This document shows, one piece after another, positions 26,371 to 38,729 of a DNA stretch of 64,000 nucleotides. The translations under genes were made by a program, and so were the position numbers. The stretch's first letter is position 1. Each line of letters begins with the position of its first letter. The notes under the pieces are model-generated. The model saw only the letters and a list, made by a program, of their open reading frames with translations, did no database searches and had not been told where the DNA came from. Source of the stretch: Pocillopora damicornis (Eukaryota). The stretch spans positions 372,001-436,000 of the forward strand of contig NW_020844487.1 of NCBI RefSeq assembly GCF_003704095.1, in the 5' to 3' direction.

Positions 26371-28171
26371 ATGGCTGATACTGAGACGAAGGTGAAAATT
26401 GAAGATACTGACCCACAAAGTGTTCAAGATTTGACTGGATTTGTACCATTCGGCATATTCTACTTTTAAACAATCTCTAGTTTTGTGTGTTCTTGTCTTT
26501 ATTCGTCGTTTGTGGTTATGATCATTTTTTAGCGACATACTTCCTATTGCAATTCCCGATTTTTCACGATTGTGATATGTATTAATTTTATCATTGGATT
26601 TAAACGACAATGTACTTGTTGCTTTCTTGTCTTTCTTGTTTCTTTTTCCTTCATTTATAGGTACAAACCTTGCTTCAACAAATGGTAAGTATGTGTAAGT
26701 TTTTAGTGCTCATCCAGTTACTAGCTTTTATTTTGGTTTCGAAATGTCTGCTTCTGTAAATTGTATGTTGTAAAACTTGTTGTTTCTAATTCATAGCAAG
26801 ACAAGTTTCAGCAGATGTCAGACCAGATCATCACAAGAAATATCCTTTACTAGAGTTTATTATCGGTGTATACACTCTCAGGTTATTTCACTGCTGCAAG
26901 TTGACGACATTTGACATTTAAGCAATACATCTATCGACTGTAATTTTAATATGCTATCAACGAAGAAATGTCCAAACGTAATTGACATCGGCAAATTGTC
27001 TTATTATTCTGCCGGTAAATTACACAGGGTCTGTCTTATATCTAAACGCACCTCTCTCCTATTATTTAAATATTTTTTTAAATCCGAAAATGGGAAAAAG
27101 GCCCGTTGTTTATGTGGAAGGTCCATTGGATATTTATGGGTGATTCTGGAATGTTGTGAAAATTTGTTATTCTATTACCAAACCGGTCAATGTCTCATGA
27201 GGGCGTAAAGCTGCATCGCAATGGCTTCTATAAAAAAATATATTTTGAGTACAAACCTCTGTCACATTCCTCTACAGTGCACTGTGTAATTGGTTATTTG
27301 TACTCTTATTGAACTGTCAAGCTGGATCTTATATTGTTACACTGTTAATCACCATACGAGTTAAGCCTTGGGCCAGAGAGTGACCTATGGTGTTGTATTC
27401 ATTTAAGGGATGGTTCAGTAATGAACCAACTGAAAAACTGACTTAGTCTCTGTTTTCAGCGTTGATAGTAGCTGAAGATAAGTTAAATTTAAGCCTGTTT
27501 TACAATCCCCTGTTTTCATTAAACTGGTTGCATCATTAACATCTCGTTTCTAGTTAACCCTTTAACTCCCAAGATCAGATTGTTAATTCTTCCCTCTAGC
27601 AGCTACATATTTCCTTGTAAATGAGTTACGGGAATTTGGTGTTAGATCAAGATATCAACCTGTACCTTATAAGTTTGAGCATCATTCTCATTACCTGTTG
27701 CCGGATGATATGTGAATACCTGTGAATCACTTTTGAGGGTTAAAAGGTTTACTCTGGTGCTTGAGAAGATGACATTCAGTGCATGGAGAAAAACTTTATA
27801 TGTTCAAAATATGTTAATGGTGGGAATAGCCTCTCTTTTTCAACTTAAACATCAAATCATCCATAATATTCAAGTATTCCTTTGTATAGTGCAACAAAGT
27901 CAATACATTAGCAAGCAAACAAGACTAATAAGAAGACACCCACAAATTGGCCAGATAATGATATTTTTCCTAATTCCCCCAATTAGTTGGTAAGAATAAA
28001 TAGGTAGCTGCCTGAGGGGAATTATTTGGTGAGAATAGAAGATTTCACAAAGTTTCAGTTGTTTTTCCTTGACTAAGGTTACTTGACGACATGAGTACAC
28101 GAATCGATGATTTGGAGAAGAACATTGGAGACCTGATGAACCAAGCTGGGGTAGATGAGCCAGAAAAATGA
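26371..28171 (+). CDS. HSBP1: Heat shock factor-binding protein 1, 75 aa; exons 26371-26442, 26661-26684, 26797-26839, 28083-28171
   Basis: Spliced product [75 protein letters not shown] closely matches HSBP1. It is absent from the ORF track because the exons are short. Confidence 0.97.
26840..28082 (+). other. U12-type (minor spliceosome) AT-AC intron
   Basis: Donor ATATCCTTT, branch site TTCCTTGAC at 28065-28073, terminal AC. Removal restores R-I-D-D-M. Confidence 0.96.
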
Positions 28172-30399
28172 GGAATAAGTTGGGATTACTAGGCAGCAGA
28201 TGAAGATCGTAAAAGAACTCAATGTACACCATAAACAAATACAAATACTGTAGCTTCAATAACCATAGTCGAAACAGTATGTTTTCAAAGCTTTGCACTT
28301 TTAAATGTATGCACATAATTAGATTTGAACAGTGACTCTAATTTTTTTTCCATGGGGCTTTTTGAGTAAGTATTGTCATGTAGTTTGGTTATGATTTTCA
28401 TTGAAGACATAAAATATTTGCAATAAATGTGATTAATTTGATGAATATAATTTCAGCTGATGCATCAATGTATCTCCAAGTTAGATGTTTTTCCCAGTTG
28501 CTCAAATTTTTTAAATTAGTTTCTTTTGTCTTTCCTGTACCTAAGCACTGAGGTTATGCATTTTGGGATTATTTTTGTAACTGAAAATAAACTGCATAAT
28601 TACTTAAATGTTATTTGAAAATTTGATCCCACATGTAACTTCCCCACTAAGTGTAGAGAAATCTATTTAGAATTCACAATTTTAGTTGGTGACAAGACAC
28701 TGATAATATCTCTCATCATTTCTCTCCCACATTATTTGGGTTTCTTTGGGATAAGAATAAATTCAGATACTTAATTTGAGTACATGAGCTGGAGAAATCA
28801 TAAATGTTTTATTTTCTGTGAAGTTTATTTGACTCTTTAGGCAATTTGGTGGGATCATCCAATACACTGGGAGACTGGGGCATAGTGGCCTAAAGGGAAT
28901 TAGAGTGGATGTATTTGAAGTATCAAACAATTCTCTTGCAAACAATCATGCGGAAATTTCACTAAGGCATCACCTTCACCAAAATAGACTCACTCCCCCA
29001 AAGGCATTTCCATCAGTGTAAACTACCTGTAATGATAACAGCCCAATATAGAGGACAAAGTATTTCACTTCCGATGAAAATGGACTTCTCCACTTTTAAT
29101 TTCGAAGATCGCTCATTAGAGGCTTTAACGGCAGTTAATAGCTCAAAAAAATTCGTTCAGGGTAAAGATTAACGAAAGGGTAAAGATTAACTTGTTGTCA
29201 AACTTGGCAGAGGCGTGAGAGTGTTTTCAAAGGTGGGGATGGCGGGGGATAACATCGATATCTTCCACCAAGACAAGCACGACCCCAACTAAAATCTCTC
29301 ATACTGTCTCTTTCGTGGTTAGAACTCTTTCTAATGCAGTGTTCAGTTAATCCGTAAACCATTTTTAACTATGCGGAGGAATATACTATTTCCAGAAGCG
29401 TCATGGTTTATTTGCTGTTTTGATTTTATGCGCGAACAAACCAAACATGCATCTCTGTTACCTTTTAATAGCATCCTTTGTGAGGTTACGCCAAAGATTT
29501 GGATCAAAATGTGTAGAATTTTACTCCATGGTTACGAATTTAATGGTGATGATCACTAAAAACAAGGAGCAAATTCCCCAGTCCCGCTTGAGAAATACCA
29601 TTAACTTTGTTTTGCACCACTTTCTCCACTTTTGTTATTCAAATTAATGTTTTGTCGATGTATTACGAGCGATGAAGACGAATCGTGAAGAATTGCGAGG
29701 GTTTGAGAATTGCATGAGAAAACGCAGTTTTATTTACAGATTGACGTCTTAGTATTACTATTATCTAATGGTTAACCAATGCATTAAAACTGCATCATTT
29801 ATTAACGATAATCGTAGGAGTAAAATTAAGATCCATCGCGCAATATACATTTACTGAGGACTTCTCGAATACAAGTGCGTGCGAATGGTACAAGACAATA
29901 ATATTTCCTATTTGCGATCGGTTTCACGACACATTTATGACTAAATACAAAGAGTGTCTTGGAATCAGTCCATTACGATAATAGGAGATAATCCATTTTC
30001 TTTTAAATATCTAAATACTGAGAGCCCGAAATGCAAAATTGAGGCAAACGAGTGGTTTAATGACATACGCGTTTAAGTAAGTTATAATAACAACCGTGAT
30101 GACGCAAGCAAGTTTGAAATAGGCTAGTTCGATTCGTAATGAATATGATTTGAATCTATTTCCTAGAGATGAGGTGATAGCTTTACCACTATTTTTTCAA
30201 GCGTGGTCCAAACAAATGTATCGTTGACGCAGAAGGGATGATTACTCAGTGATTTAACTGACTTTTACCGAAGTAGTCTCGAGGAGAAGCCGGGTCAGTT
30301 TGTTTTCGATTGGAGAAACCGTATTGAACCAGAATCGCATATTAGAATCCAGTTACGTTTGTTAAGCGAAACTTAGAGAGGACTTGAAGGACACTTGAA

Positions 30400-30909
30400 A
30401 TGGATAATCAGGTTGGTGATGGGGAAAACCGAATTGTACATTACAGCTACAACCTCACAACGGAAAATGAGCAGAAACAGAGACCGAAATCATCTGGCAA
30501 AGGTTTATTTAGCAGATTGACAAGAAATAGTGCCATGTTTGGATCTGATAGCACCCTTAATGCGCTCTACCAAGCGGACGACGGGATGAAAAGAAGTAGA
30601 AGCATTCCTAATTTTGGGCGAAACATTCTGGGAGGGAACGATTTAAAGGAAAGTCCCGATTCCCCGAAACCTAAGAATGCGTTTGCCTTCGGTGAGGAAA
30701 TGCCGGGCTTTTCAACGGAAACAATTACGCAGAATCTCGCAAAGACGGGTAATAGTTCACAAGAGCTTCGTTCACGCAAGTGTGGGCTTGGTGATCTAAC
30801 AAACCGAGGAATCATGAGTCATAAACTCAGAAAGAAAGCAGTCTGTGACTCCTCTGACAATTTGCATTATCAAAGACAATTTCTTCGAGTTTTAAACAAG
30901 AGATTTTAA
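30400..30909 (+). CDS. Intronless uncharacterised 169-aa Ser/Lys/Arg-rich protein
   Basis: Long ATG-to-TAA ORF in AT-rich surroundings with good start context (gaaATGG); no recognisable domain. Confidence 0.6.
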   Translation: MDNQVGDGENRIVHYSYNLTTENEQKQRPKSSGKGLFSRLTRNSAMFGSDSTLNALYQADDGMKRSRSIPNFGRNILGGNDLKESPDSPKPKNAFAFGEEMPGFSTETITQNLAKTGNSSQELRSRKCGLGDLTNRGIMSHKLRKKAVCDSSDNLHYQRQFLRVLNKRF

Positions 30910-33078
30910 GGTACTATTGTTCTCTGACGAATAATCGAAAAGCTGTTTATACCGAAACCACTTAAATGCGCGGGTTTTCGGTACATTTAGCGAGTTTGCA
31001 TCTAGATGCATCAGAGTAGAATCAGTTGTTGGTAGTGAACGTATCTGAGTAAAAGCTATTTGTATTTTGAAGCATTTTGTGTATCACTCTCATTAGAGAA
31101 AAAGAAAATGCAACTAATTGGAGTATCTCGATGATGTTTGTAAATAGGGAAGCTAAAAGAGGTTCCTTGTATAAATATAATGATTTCTGTTAAAAACGCA
31201 CCGAGTACTTTTTCAAAGAATCTATCCTGTACGGAGAAACAAAATATTGAGTTGTCACTTGACATTAAAAACATGCTAAACTGCATAACTTGGAGGCCTC
31301 CATTGTAATACTTATTTTATGAGATTTTTCTTTTTCACTCATCTGAAGTTAATAACCGTCTCATATTCGACTCGTAAAAAAGACATTTCCGCTTCTTATT
31401 TATTTTGTTTGCGCGGCACAAAGTATACTTCTATTCACGCTCAAAATACATCAGGAGTTCTTAAAAGTATTAGTATTTCAATGGGCGAAAAAAGGAGAAA
31501 ACCTGAAACATGCAAATTCATCATCCTATTTAAGACGGCACTGAGGGCACGTTTTCATGTTTTGAAAATATATCATGTCCGAGGCGCACGTACAGGCAAA
31601 ACGTCGCCAGCTGATATAATTCCAAAATAGACTTTTCCTCGCTTATGTTTCTCTATGACACTAAAACATCCTGTCGCAAAGGGAAGGGAAATAATGCAAT
31701 GAAAACGGGGTTTTATTCAGCGTGATCTTCAGAGGTAAGCAGAAATTTAAAGTAAAATCATTCCATTGTCATGCATGTAAGATGAGATTTATGAATAAAC
31801 ATCAAAAGATAACTAAAAGAGCCGCCTTTATTAACAAGCCGATCGCTCGTGAATATATTTGTCTAAAGGTGATTTTAGTTTCGTTCAGGTTTAATGAGAC
31901 AAGAGGAAATAGACTGACACAAAGGATGAAAGACGTTTGCTTGATAGTTAGGTCGATACAAGAAAATTGATCCAAGGAATTCTTAGTTATGTCTGTTTGC
32001 CATTAAAAAGCATTGCCTTTGAGTAGATTTCCGTGTTACCCCATACTATATATATCCTAAGAAGAGCCGTAATCCCAAATAAGGTAATCTATCCAACACT
32101 GTATGCATAATGAGGTATAGGGCCGAGCGGAAATCTTGCCCTACCTTTTACTATTTTACGACTATTTCAAAGATTGTTTTTCCTAACTTAATGATTCTTT
32201 CTCTGAAGCTCCTTGCTATCCAAATTTGGTCTGTCATCGAAACACAGGACGACTGATCGAAGATCCTAAGGACTTGAATACATGGATAAAATTAAAAGAT
32301 GCTCAATTGAAAGTAAGATTATCTCATGTTCAAGTGATGTTAATATTTCTTCGACAACCAATCAGAGAAGCGCTCTGGTGATAGGACAAATAGGCAGCTT
32401 TGGTTGAAAAGAGCGGCTTTTTTCCGTCAGCAACGAGACAGTTTGTCAGTTTTTTATTAAAAACACACCAGGTGGGCTTACAGTGTTACTAAACTTGTGG
32501 CTTTAAGCACGCCTAGAAGCTTCTTTAAATCGAAATTAAATTACGCCTAGTATTCAAATGAGGCACTTGGTTGTTTCTAACAGAGAAGGATTAAGTTCAA
32601 TAATTCTTCCTTTCGAGCTATGATTGCTTTTTACCGGCAAAAAAGATTAACAGTTGCCGCCTCCATTGTAAACAATCCATTCAGCGCTTTCTGACTAGCC
32701 AGCCATTACCGCACGCCTAATTTAGTCGATTTGACATCGTCCGTCCGCGAATAAAAGCTCACCCAGTCTGAAAAACAACAGTCTTTATTTTACATTTTTC
32801 ATTGATTGTTGGAATGATTTAATAAAAAAAAAATAATTATGATGATAATCATAACAATACTAACAGTCACAATTATCTTAGTGATGCCATCATTCCATTA
32901 TCGTCTCAAAATATTCTACCAATTTCAATGGGGGAGCTTGATTAAATGGTTGTCAAAAAAGCTTTTCGCGAACTATAATATCAAATCTTATCGATGAGCG
33001 GATTTGTATATTAAAATAGGCATCGTGAGCGTTAATTTTTATAATTTATTTTACCTCACCACCTCGTCTAATTGAGGT

Positions 33079-33164
33079 GCCTCGTTAGCGCAGAAGGCAG
33101 CGCGTCAGTCTCATAATACGATTTAGAAATCTGAAGGTCGTGAGTTCGATCCTCACACGGGGCA
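33079..33164 (+). tRNA. tRNA-Met(CAT) elongator with 13-nt intron (ATACGATTTAGAA)
   Basis: GCCTCGTTAGCGCAG..CTCATA[intron]ATCTGAAGGTCGTGAGTTCGATCCTCACACGGGGCA, with T-runs downstream. Confidence 0.93.
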
Positions 33165-33539
33165 GAGTTTTGTTTTTAACAAACTTCTGCAAAGTCGCAC
33201 CATGGTACGATCGTCGGAGTATTAAAAGTCATTCTAGCATTTTAAATGGAACCTCTGACTGAAGAGACCTAATATCTAAATAAAACTTAGTTGTGGTCTC
33301 CAAAGGGCTCGTTTGGCAGCAGACTGTAACAAGAAAACTGCCCGATTGATCCTTATCACGGTTATCACTCTTAGCAAGTGTTTCGAAACAGCTTGTGGTC
33401 TGCAGGACCAGGAAAAAGTTATTATTAATTTAGGGTTACTGATAAATTGAAAAAAACATCAAAAAAGGAAAAGTTCATTATCCTGATCCTACCTTACCTT
33501 AGAGAGGCAAATAATACATTATAATTTAGTGTTAACAAC

Positions 33540-33895
33540 AGGGTTGAAAACGTAAATTAGCCACCGTAAAGAGTAAAAAGCTGACGTTTCGAGCGTTAGC
33601 CCTTCGTCAGAGCGATTGGAGGAATTGTAGGTTGTGTGTGGGTTTATATGCAGAAAGTGGAGCTGCGTCTTTGGTGGGAATATAGTGACGAGAAAACAGG
33701 AATAAATTAGTTGAATGAAAAGCGCTCATTGATTCCGTGGGGATTAAGCGTGCCGATTTGGAAGATAAATTTTTGTTCTAGTGTTTTACGGCCGCAAACT
33801 GCCATATGCTGTTTAGAATGATTAGGAAGATTAAAGTGTCTAGCGACTGGTTTGGATGCGTCCTTGTCATTTCATTCTACGTCGCGAAGGTGTTG
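33540..33895 (-). mobile_element. Penelope-like retroelement 3-prime remnant (end of GIY-YIG endonuclease + pLTR)
   Basis: Translates HLRDVE*NDKDASKPVARHFNLPNHSKQHMAVCG..RKTLEQKFIFQIGTLNPHGINERFSFN* and is followed by a hammerhead motif. Confidence 0.88.
33580..33613 (-). ncRNA. Minimal type I hammerhead ribozyme
   Basis: GCU-CUGACGA-A-GGGC-UAAC-GCUC-GAAAC-GUC-AGC: conserved core, stem II, palindromic ACGU stem III, GUC cleavage triplet and GCU/AGC stem I. Confidence 0.8.
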
Positions 33896-34026
33896 CTGCA
33901 ATGCCCTGCACATGTAAATTCGAGGTTTCCTTTAGATAAGGTCGCAGAAAACTGATGTCGTATGTCAGAGGGCTAAACTTCAACAAAAAATAAGTCAGAT
34001 TCACATGTGATAAAAGGATGCGTAAA

Positions 34027-34099
34027 TGGTCCGTGTGAGGCTTGAACTCACGACCTCGGCGTTATCAGCACCGCGCTCTGCCCACTGAGCTAACGGACC
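34027..34099 (-). tRNA. tRNA-Ile with GAT anticodon
   Basis: GGTCCGTTAGCTCAGTGGGCAGAGCGCGGTGCT-GAT-AACGCCGAGGTCGTGAGTTCAAGCCTCACACGGACCA; all four stems pair. Confidence 0.92.
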
Positions 34100-34636
34100 A
34101 CACCTGCTGTGATAAGAAAAACCGTCACAGAGAAAAATGTTAATCCTGATGTAAAGTTTTCTCGACGCATCATAGCCTCAATATAGATTTTTCAAGACGG
34201 AAATGATGTAGAGAATCCGCGGGTATCCCTCAACATGACCGCAGCATTATTTACAAGCATGCAAAGCAAATATTTTATTGACCTGTGGTAGATAAAACCG
34301 TATTTCTTTATAAGATATAGCCAGGCAGAGGTTATTAATTTGCTATAAATTTTCTCCTAATATAAGCATGAAATAATGTCAAACCAGTTAGATGAGGACC
34401 AGAGTTATGAGGCGGCCTTGTATTTCTCGTATAGTGGTCTTGCCTCAGTTTACACCGCTAAGAATTTGCCTGTTGATCGTACTTTATGATCCGTGGTCAA
34501 GGTCCGACCACAGCAACTTATACTCTGTAACTGAGTTCTCAAAAAAGTTCTTGTAGAGAGTTGGGGTAGCTGGAATATGACTAATCTTGAATCAGGCTTT
34601 TGAGCAGACGTCACAAAGAAGTAACACATATGAGTC

Positions 34637-34709
34637 GCCTGGTTAGCTCAGTCGGTAGAGCATCAGACTTTTAATCTGAGGGTCATGGGTTCAAGTCCCA
34701 TATCGGGCG
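34637..34709 (+). tRNA. tRNA-Lys(TTT)
   Basis: Full 73-nt cloverleaf with a downstream T-run. Confidence 0.95.
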
Positions 34710-35429
34710 GAACGTCAACATTCTTTTTTCTTGCTCAATCCTCGTTGTTGGCTCAGGGCATGATAGCGGCTGGGTTCCGTAGAGCGAAGACGACCTAAGG
34801 TAGAACAGACGACGTTGTGGTTAAGAAGTACCGTCGTCCCGAGGAAAATTCATAAACAAACTTACAAGACAAAACAGCACGGAAGAAAGTCTCTCGATGC
34901 GATGCGTTTTGATTGGCTCTCTCTTTGGTTATCATCTTTTGTAGGACAGACGCATAGATAACGTCGCCATTAAAACTTTTCTGCTTCATTATTTTATTTT
35001 AGCTGTAAAAACCTTTTTTCTGTGTTTACATACTCTCATCTTAACACGAGGAGGGGTTGGGAGAGTTCGAGAGAGTTAAGCAACCCGAATAAAGAGATTG
35101 ACAGATGCTGTGGACAGCTTTTGAAACCGGCCTCGGCAAAAATTGACTATAAACAGATAGCACAGATGCTATTCGTTCTTATGCAGTTTCAAGAGCCGAG
35201 CTTACTTTTCACTTCCGGGCGGAAATAACCCCATTTTGTTGGGTCACTGGTTAAACATATTAATATGATTTAGAAAGAAAAGTTTATGGTGAAAGATATT
35301 ATGTCAAAAATACTTTAATAAAGACTAAATTTAATAGCCAGACAAGTAAAGACGTTGTTTTAAGAGTTTTTTGTACCAAAGCCACGCTGCCTCCCGTAAA
35401 ATCGCTTAGATAGGGTACTTAAAAATGAA

Positions 35430-35514
35430 TGCCCCGTGTGAGGATCGAACTCACGACCTTCAGATATCTAATTAGACTATGAGACTGACGCGCTGCCTAC
35501 TGCGCTAACGAGAC
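35430..35514 (-). tRNA. tRNA-Met(CAT) elongator with 12-nt intron (GTCTAATTAGAT)
   Basis: Full body; C2>T gives a wobble pair in the acceptor stem. Confidence 0.9.
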
Positions 35515-36023
35515 TGGTTAATTGATTTTGCATTTACCACAGATTTAACTGATGAATGACTAACAGTTATAGTGTCGCCATGATATTATATCTTATTTAC
35601 CTGTGTATTTATTTGTTATTTCTACTTATTACGAATGTATCTATGGTGAAATAAGGCTTTCTTCTCCATCCACCCACATTTACAACAGATCGCATTGTGG
35701 ACATGAACAAAGCTAACGAAGAAAGCCTGAAAATCACTACTGTCAGATTGGTAGGATTCAAGCATTGGAATTTACTGCCTTTGAAAATAACTGTTCTTAC
35801 TTTTCACTTTTCATAGTCGTGTTAGACAAACATGATATATGAGTCGAACCTCAATTTAGAAATCTGATTTCGTAGCTCACACATCGCTGCACGGTTGTGC
35901 ATCGAGAAGGGAGTATAAAGATTCCATTCATGTGTCCTTTTTTAAATCCATATTTAGACTGGGCATAGTCGTTGCGAGCAAAATCTCATTCAATACTTAT
36001 TAGGTATGATTAAGTCAAGTCCG

Positions 36024-36096
36024 GCCCGGTTAGCTCAGTCGGTAGAGCATCAGACTTTTAATCTGAGGGTCATGGGTTCAAGTCCCATATCGGGCG
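36024..36096 (+). tRNA. tRNA-Lys(TTT)
   Basis: Full cloverleaf GCCCGGTTAGCTCAGTCGG..ATCGGGCG. Confidence 0.96.
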
Positions 36097-36846
36097 GAAC
36101 GTCAACATATTTTTTTCTTGTTCAATCCTCGTTGTTAGCTCAGGGCATGATAGCGGCTGGGTTCCGTAGAGCGAAGACGACCTAAGGTAGAACAGACAAC
36201 GTTGTGGTTAAGAAGTACCGTCGTCCCGAGGAAAATTCATAAACAAACTTACAAGGCAAAACAGCACGGAAGAAAGTCTCTCAAGCGATGCGTTTTGATT
36301 GGCTCTCTCTTTGGTTATCATCTTTTGTAGGACAGACGCATAGATGACGTCGCCATTAAAGCTTTTCTGCTTCACTATTTTATTTTAGCTGTAAAAACCT
36401 TTTTTCTGTGTTTACATACTGTCATCTAAACACGAGGAGGGGTTTGGAGAGTTCAAGAAAGTTAGGCAAACCCGACTAAAGAGATTGACAGATGCTGTGG
36501 ACAGCTTTTGAAACTGGCCTCGGCAAAAATTTGACTATAAACAGATAGCACAGATGCTATTCGCTCCTATGCGGTTTCAAGAGCCATAGTCGAGCTTACT
36601 CTTCACTTCCGGGCGGAAGTAACCCCATTTTGTTGGGTCACTGGTAAAACATATTTATATGATTTAGAAAGAAAAGTTTATGGTAAAAGATATTGAGGTC
36701 AAAAATACTTTAACAAAGACTAAATTTAATAATATTCATTTTGGTCCTTGCTAGCCAGACAAGTAAAGAGGTTGTTTTAAGAGTTTTTTGTACCAAAGCC
36801 ACGCTGCCTCCCGTAAAATTGCTTAGATAGGGTACTTAAAAATGAA

Positions 36847-36931
36847 TGCCCCGTGTGAGGATCGAACTCACGACCTTCAGATATCTAATTAGACTATGAG
36901 ACTGACGCGCTGCCAACTGCGCTAACGAGGC
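36847..36931 (-). tRNA. tRNA-Met(CAT) elongator with 12-nt intron
   Basis: Full body; intron GTCTAATTAGAT. Confidence 0.93.
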
Positions 36932-37376
36932 CGGTTAAATGAAATGGATGGTATGTGGCTTCATGATTTGGCATTCGTCACAGATTTAACTGCATGATAC
37001 TACCTACGATTAATGACTAACGGTTATAGTGTCGCCAAGATATCATATCTTATTTACCTGTCTATTTATTTATTATTCCTCCTTATTACGAATGTACCTG
37101 TGGTGAAATAAGGCTTTCTTCTTCATCCACCCACATTTACAACAGATCGCATTGGGAACATAACTAACAAAGTAAGCCTGAAAATCACTACTGCCAGATT
37201 GATAGGTTTTAAGCATTGGAATTTACTGCCTTTGAAAATAACTGTTCTTACTTTTCACTTTTCATAGTCGTGTTAGACAAACCTGATATATGAATTGAAC
37301 CTCAATTCAGAAATCTGACAAAACTGACTAATTTTGCAGCTCACACATCGCTGCACGGTTGGGTAGGTTAAGTCCG

Positions 37377-37449
37377 GCCCGGTTAGCTCAGTCGGTAGAG
37401 CATCAGACTTTTAATCTGAGGGTCATGGGTTCAAGTCCCATATCGGGCG
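37377..37449 (+). tRNA. tRNA-Lys(TTT)
   Basis: Full cloverleaf with a T-run terminator. Confidence 0.96.
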
Positions 37450-38007
37450 GAACTTCAACATTTTTTTTTTGCTCAATCCTCGTTGTTGGCTCAGGGCATG
37501 ATAGCGGCTGGTTCCGTAGAGCGAAGACGACCTAAGGTAGAAGTGACGACGTTGTGGTTGAGAAGTACCATCGTCGAACTCACGNNNNNNNNNNNNNNNN
37601 NNNNNNNNNNNNNNNNNNNNNNNNNNNNNNNNNNNNNNNNNNNNNNNNNNNNNNNNNNNNNNNNNNNNNNNNNNNNNNNNNNNNTAGCAATGGGGAACTT
37701 TTTCCGTGTTTACATACTCTCATTTAAACACGAGGAGGGGGTTGGGAGAGTTCGAGAAAGTTAAGCTTTCCACTTAACGGCAGAAGTCTGATTAGTGTTA
37801 GGGAGTCGGATATTTTTTCCTCTACAGTTTAATGGACGATGCAGTTGAAGCTTGTTTTGTGTTATTTTCAAACAATGGTCCGACCACAGCAACTTGATCT
37901 CCGTTATTGAGTTCTCTCATATAGTTATGTAAAGAGTTTCAAGTAGCTTGAATAAAAAACTTGCGACCAGGCGTTCAATGAGAGCAATACATAACGAAAA
38001 ACGAGTC

Positions 38008-38080
38008 GCCTGGTTAGCTCAGTCGGTAGAACATCAGACTTTTAATCTGAGGGTCATGGGTTCAAGTCCCATACCGGGCG
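38008..38080 (+). tRNA. tRNA-Lys(TTT) variant with a D-stem mismatch
   Basis: GAAC replaces GAGC in the D stem; otherwise complete. Confidence 0.8.
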
Positions 38081-38644
38081 ATAACACTGGTATATTTTAG
38101 TTTGTTAAAGATATTTTTTACTATCTTTTACTTTAGATAGCTCACTCTATCAAATGGAACTATAGCGAACTTCAAAAATCTTTGGAATATTTTCTGCCTT
38201 TTTTGATATTGTCATGTGGCCATCACCGATTTACGGTTTTTTACGGCTTTACCCTCAATTCAGACTGAAGCCCACCATGACGTGCAATCTCATGATACCT
38301 TCCTGTTGATTGCGTGCTCTCATGAAACGGCAGAAGTCTGGGTAGTATGAACGAGTCGCATGTTTACACCTTGCTCCTTCAATCTCTCCAGCAAAGATCT
38401 TACAGCCAAGCCTGATTTAAATTAATGCGTTTAGTCAAGTTGTGGAGGAAAAAAAAAGTGTTGATGCTCCGCCCGAAGGGAACATTCGTGATAAGTTGAA
38501 ATGATAAATAAATAGATAGGTAAATAAGATATAATATCATTGGAAAACTGTAACCGTTAGTCAATCATCATAGATAGTATCATGCAGTTTAATCTGTGGT
38601 AAATGCCAAATCATGAAGCCACATGCAATCCATTCCATTCAACC

Positions 38645-38729
38645 GCCTCGTTAGCGCAGAAGGCAGCGCGTCAGTCTCATAATCTAATTAGGTATCTGAA
38701 GGTCGTGAGTTCGATCCTCACACGGGGCA
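38645..38729 (+). tRNA. tRNA-Met(CAT) elongator with 12-nt intron (ATCTAATTAGGT)
   Basis: Full body. Confidence 0.93.

Noticed and set aside
32106-32140. Hairpin TAGGGCCGAG..CTTGCCCTA followed by TTTT
   Set aside because: Isolated, with no Sm site, Pol III boxes or family match; may be chance.
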